From assembly GCA_965603825.1 (NCBI GenBank), contig CBFDEM010000061.1:1-64000 (forward strand): a stretch of DNA of 64,000 nucleotides, in the 5' to 3' direction. The notes beneath the pieces are model-generated. The model was not told where the DNA came from, did no database searches, and was given only the letters and a program-made list of their open reading frames with translations. A program made the translations under genes and the position numbers. Shown here piece after piece: positions 61,001-64,000 of this stretch (positions are counted from its first letter, which is position 1; each line of letters opens with the position of its first letter). Origin of the DNA: Blepharisma stoltei ATCC 30299 (lineage: Eukaryota; Protista; Ciliophora).

Positions 61001-64000
61001 CGCAGCCAACAGTTGAGCATCCAGACAAGCATGAATCGCAGATAATACCATTTCAGTATTTGTCTATAAGACAATTATCTAAGCAAGTATTAGAATTATC
61101 AATTGGGCATAATGAGCACCCGCTGCAAGAGCTTGACGCTAAAGGACTGGCTGTAATTGTATTATAGATTTTCAGATCCCATAGAAACCCATTAAAAAAT
61201 GATGTTAAAGTTGTAGAATCAAGGTAACTTGCTCCAATCAAATTGAAAAAAGAACTTTCTAAATCATTTAGCCAACTTGCATGCAAATCGCTTGATGTAT
61301 CAGTATTTAGATTTGCAGTAAGCTTAACTATTTGCTGAGGAGTTGTACTAATGTCAGACAGAGCTGAAATAAAATTTCATTGAGAAAGAGTAGTCTCCAA
61401 TGAGGCAAGAGCACTTGTATAAGTAATTGTAGTGGATTCTTGAAGAGTCAGAGTAAGTGAAGGAAATTTATTTACTAGTTCAAGACTTACATATTTTGTA
61501 AATGCTCCACTATTAATTTGTTTAGAAAAAATAACCCCAGTCCCAGATATTGGTTTTATCCAAGTAGAAATAATGAATTTAGGAGCCAATGTAAGCAATG
61601 ATGAAGCTGTGCCTGTATAAGGAGGTAACTGCATATAAGCTGATCCAGAAAAGTAATATCCTCTATAAATAGCTGCTATTGGATCAGTTGCATCATAAGT
61701 AGGGTAAAATTTGTTATCTTTACCTGTGAGAACTGGGATACTTGAAGCTAAATCTAGCACAATATCTTTTATTTGGTGTGGCATTAAATTAAATACTAAA
61801 AAGGCTGTATAAGTAGGATCAGCATCACAATTGTTACCATTTATAACATATCCAGTAGGGCAAAATGAAATACATAAAGACTGAATTAAATAATGGCCTG
61901 CTATGCATGTAAGACAGCCATCAATTTTAAGAGTAGAACAAGTAGCACACACTGCATTACAGAGCTCACAGGATTGGGTGCTTGAGATTCATATTGCATT
62001 AGTAAGGCACATACAGTGGTCTACAGGCTTATAAGCATTTGTAATGCAGCTTGTACATTCACCTGAAAAAGTAGTGCACGAGTAACATTCTTTGTCCCTG
62101 CAAAGTCTACAAGATAAATTACTGACACACCCTTGGCTGCAGCCTGCCAAGCAAACAGTGCAGCTATCTGGGTATTCATTTACAGCGCAATTACTTAAGC
62201 ATTGATTATTTGCAGGGCAAACTGAGCATCCACCACCACAAGAAGTAGAATAATCATCAGATTGATGACTATAGGAGCTATAAATATTAACTCTTGCTAA
62301 AAACCCATATAATCCTAAAGTCCCAGAGGTTTCGTCATTTCCAATATATAAAATTCCTGTATTAGTATCTTTAAAGTAAATTAGAGATGACGTTGTGGTA
62401 ACAGCAAATGCCGCTGTATTGATATAGAGAGACAACTTCGTCTTGCCATCGTTTTGGACCTGCCCTGTAAAGCTTAAAAAGTTCCAACTACTTATTATGT
62501 TTGTTGGAGTAGTTAAAGTGAGAGATGATGAATCAGAAAAGGTTACTGAAAGCAAAGGATATCCTGAGGAGACTATTGATATTTTTAGGATATCGCTCAA
62601 AGTATATTTAGTCAATAGAACTCCAGCTGAAAGTGGCTTTGCCCACAGGGAAATAGTGAAGGATGGTGCTATTACGACAGTGGAATATAAATAATTGCTT
62701 TGATAAAAATAGTAGCCTCTTTTATAAGAAGGAATAGGATCCTTTGCATCTAAATTCCAATCAGGATAAATATTTGTATTCACAGAGCCTACATTAAACC
62801 CAGAAACTGTATCAAGACGTACTTGGTCAGTCAAGTCTAGACCAATCCCTAAATCTGATGACCAATCGCAAGCTTTTCCTGCAGAATTTGTACTATAGCC
62901 AGATGGGCATTCAACTAAGCACTGCCCAGTTGGTGCAAAGAAATAATACCCTGAAAAGCATGCTGTGCATTTTACATAAGTTAAACCTGTACATTGAGAG
63001 CAACCAGAAGAGCATTGATCACAGGAAAGCCCATCAGCAGAAGTTGTATAGCCAGGATTACATACACAAGGAGTTCCACTAGCATTAGAAACGCATTGGG
63101 TGCATTTTCCTGAGCCAAATCCAGAACAAATAGAGCATAATAAATCATCACAAATATTGCATATAGATGACCTGACACAGCCTTTACTACAGGAATTGCA
63201 GGCTGTATAAGTAGTCCCATCATAATAATGAGATAAATCACAAGACCATAAACAAGCATAGCCAGAGCCACAAATAGCACTAATATAGCTTGAAAAATCA
63301 TTAATTGGAGAATTTCATAGCTGAAAAGCATTGATAACCCCTACAAAGCCTGAAGAGCTGCTTTTCCCGATCATTAAATTTGTGGTAGCAAGGTCTCTAA
63401 ACACATAATTTAAAATAAGTGTATTTGCAACTGAAACACCATTGAGATAAATATTGAGATTTGTGACACTAGAAGTGTATTCAAAGGTGACTGATAAATA
63501 GTTCCAATTAGTTAGAGTAGACCCTGAAGATAAACTTTTAGTAGACACTGTTTGTGTAGGGTCTTCCATTTTAGCACTTATATCTCCTGTAGAATGTAAA
63601 ACAAGTTGCTGGCTTTCTTTTTCAAGCCAATCTCCATCAGTGATTACATAAAGTCAAGCTCCTATAGAAAAACTATGTGAAAACAAAAAGTTAGCTGACG
63701 ACAATAAGTACATGCTTCCATCAAAATATAAGCCTCGCTTATATGCAGGAATCGGGTCAATTGATTCAGGAGTATTAAAAAATTGAAAAGATGATGTACT
63801 TGTTCCTGTTGCAAAAATCCCATAAGAGCCTTGAAAGTCTATATTGAAAGATTGATCTATCACAGGGGTTGAGACTGGTGAACAAGGAGATCCAAATCCA
63901 TAAGGACAACCATTTAAGCAGACGTTCCCAACCAGTTGAGAGCTTCCTGAGCAAAGAGAGCATTCAAAATAAGTTGTTTTTATACAAGTAGAGCATAAGG
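58089..64000 (-). CDS. Giant membrane protein E (partial, 5' end outside the window): last 4 modules plus ~8-TM domain
   Basis: Sub-ORFs from 63863 down to 59123 share one frame, and the stop is TAA 58089. Module motifs at ~63740, 62720, 61665 and 60545. Confidence 0.9.

Noticed and set aside
2110-63963. Short antisense or alternative-frame ORFs in the track (e.g. 2110-2298, 14578-14928, 27535-27813, 29858-30172, 39805-40116, 53598-53912)
   Set aside because: They are shadows of real genes. Their recurrence in paralogs simply follows the conservation of the main frame.
6998-64000. Giant genes as pseudogenes, or as dozens of small separate ORFs
   Set aside because: All fragments of each gene share one frame and break only at TGA, which aligns with TGG in paralogs.
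3953-64000. Tiny 15-16-nt spliceosomal introns
   Set aside because: No gene model needed one. In-frame 15-nt introns without stops cannot be excluded without RNA-seq, so none is called.

Overview
Left end of a ciliate macronuclear chromosome. It starts with about 1.45 kb of (CCCTAACA)n telomere, and every gene reads open only if TGA encodes Trp, with TAA/TAG as stops. That combination points to Blepharisma: Stentor has the same telomere repeat but the standard code. The supplied ORF track is therefore fragmented at TGA, and I re-joined ORFs by frame. Contents in order: a telomere-truncated, frameshifted TPR gene; two tandem degenerate eIF4A-like DEAD-box genes with a pseudogene stub between them; and five paralogous giant membrane-protein genes, A 6998-13978(+), B 14588-23524(+), C 34913-43927(-), D 47746-56772(-) and E 58089->64000(-). 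A-D encode 2,300-3,000 aa; E is partial. Each is built from a signal peptide (not visible for E), 5-7 ~340-aa modules (LamG/ConA-like domain plus Cys-rich CxxC linker) and a ~8-TM C-terminal domain resembling the TRP-like PF06011 family. Between B and C lies a very compact housekeeping block (copine, aldo-keto reductase, hypothetical, ACL4-like, LRR/Dpy-30-like, Dopey). Between C and D lies a Zn-finger/Kelch/TPR gene. The most striking feature is that the giant paralogs are different combinations of nine module types that are gained or lost in pairs. Domain names come from motif recognition by eye, not from database searches.
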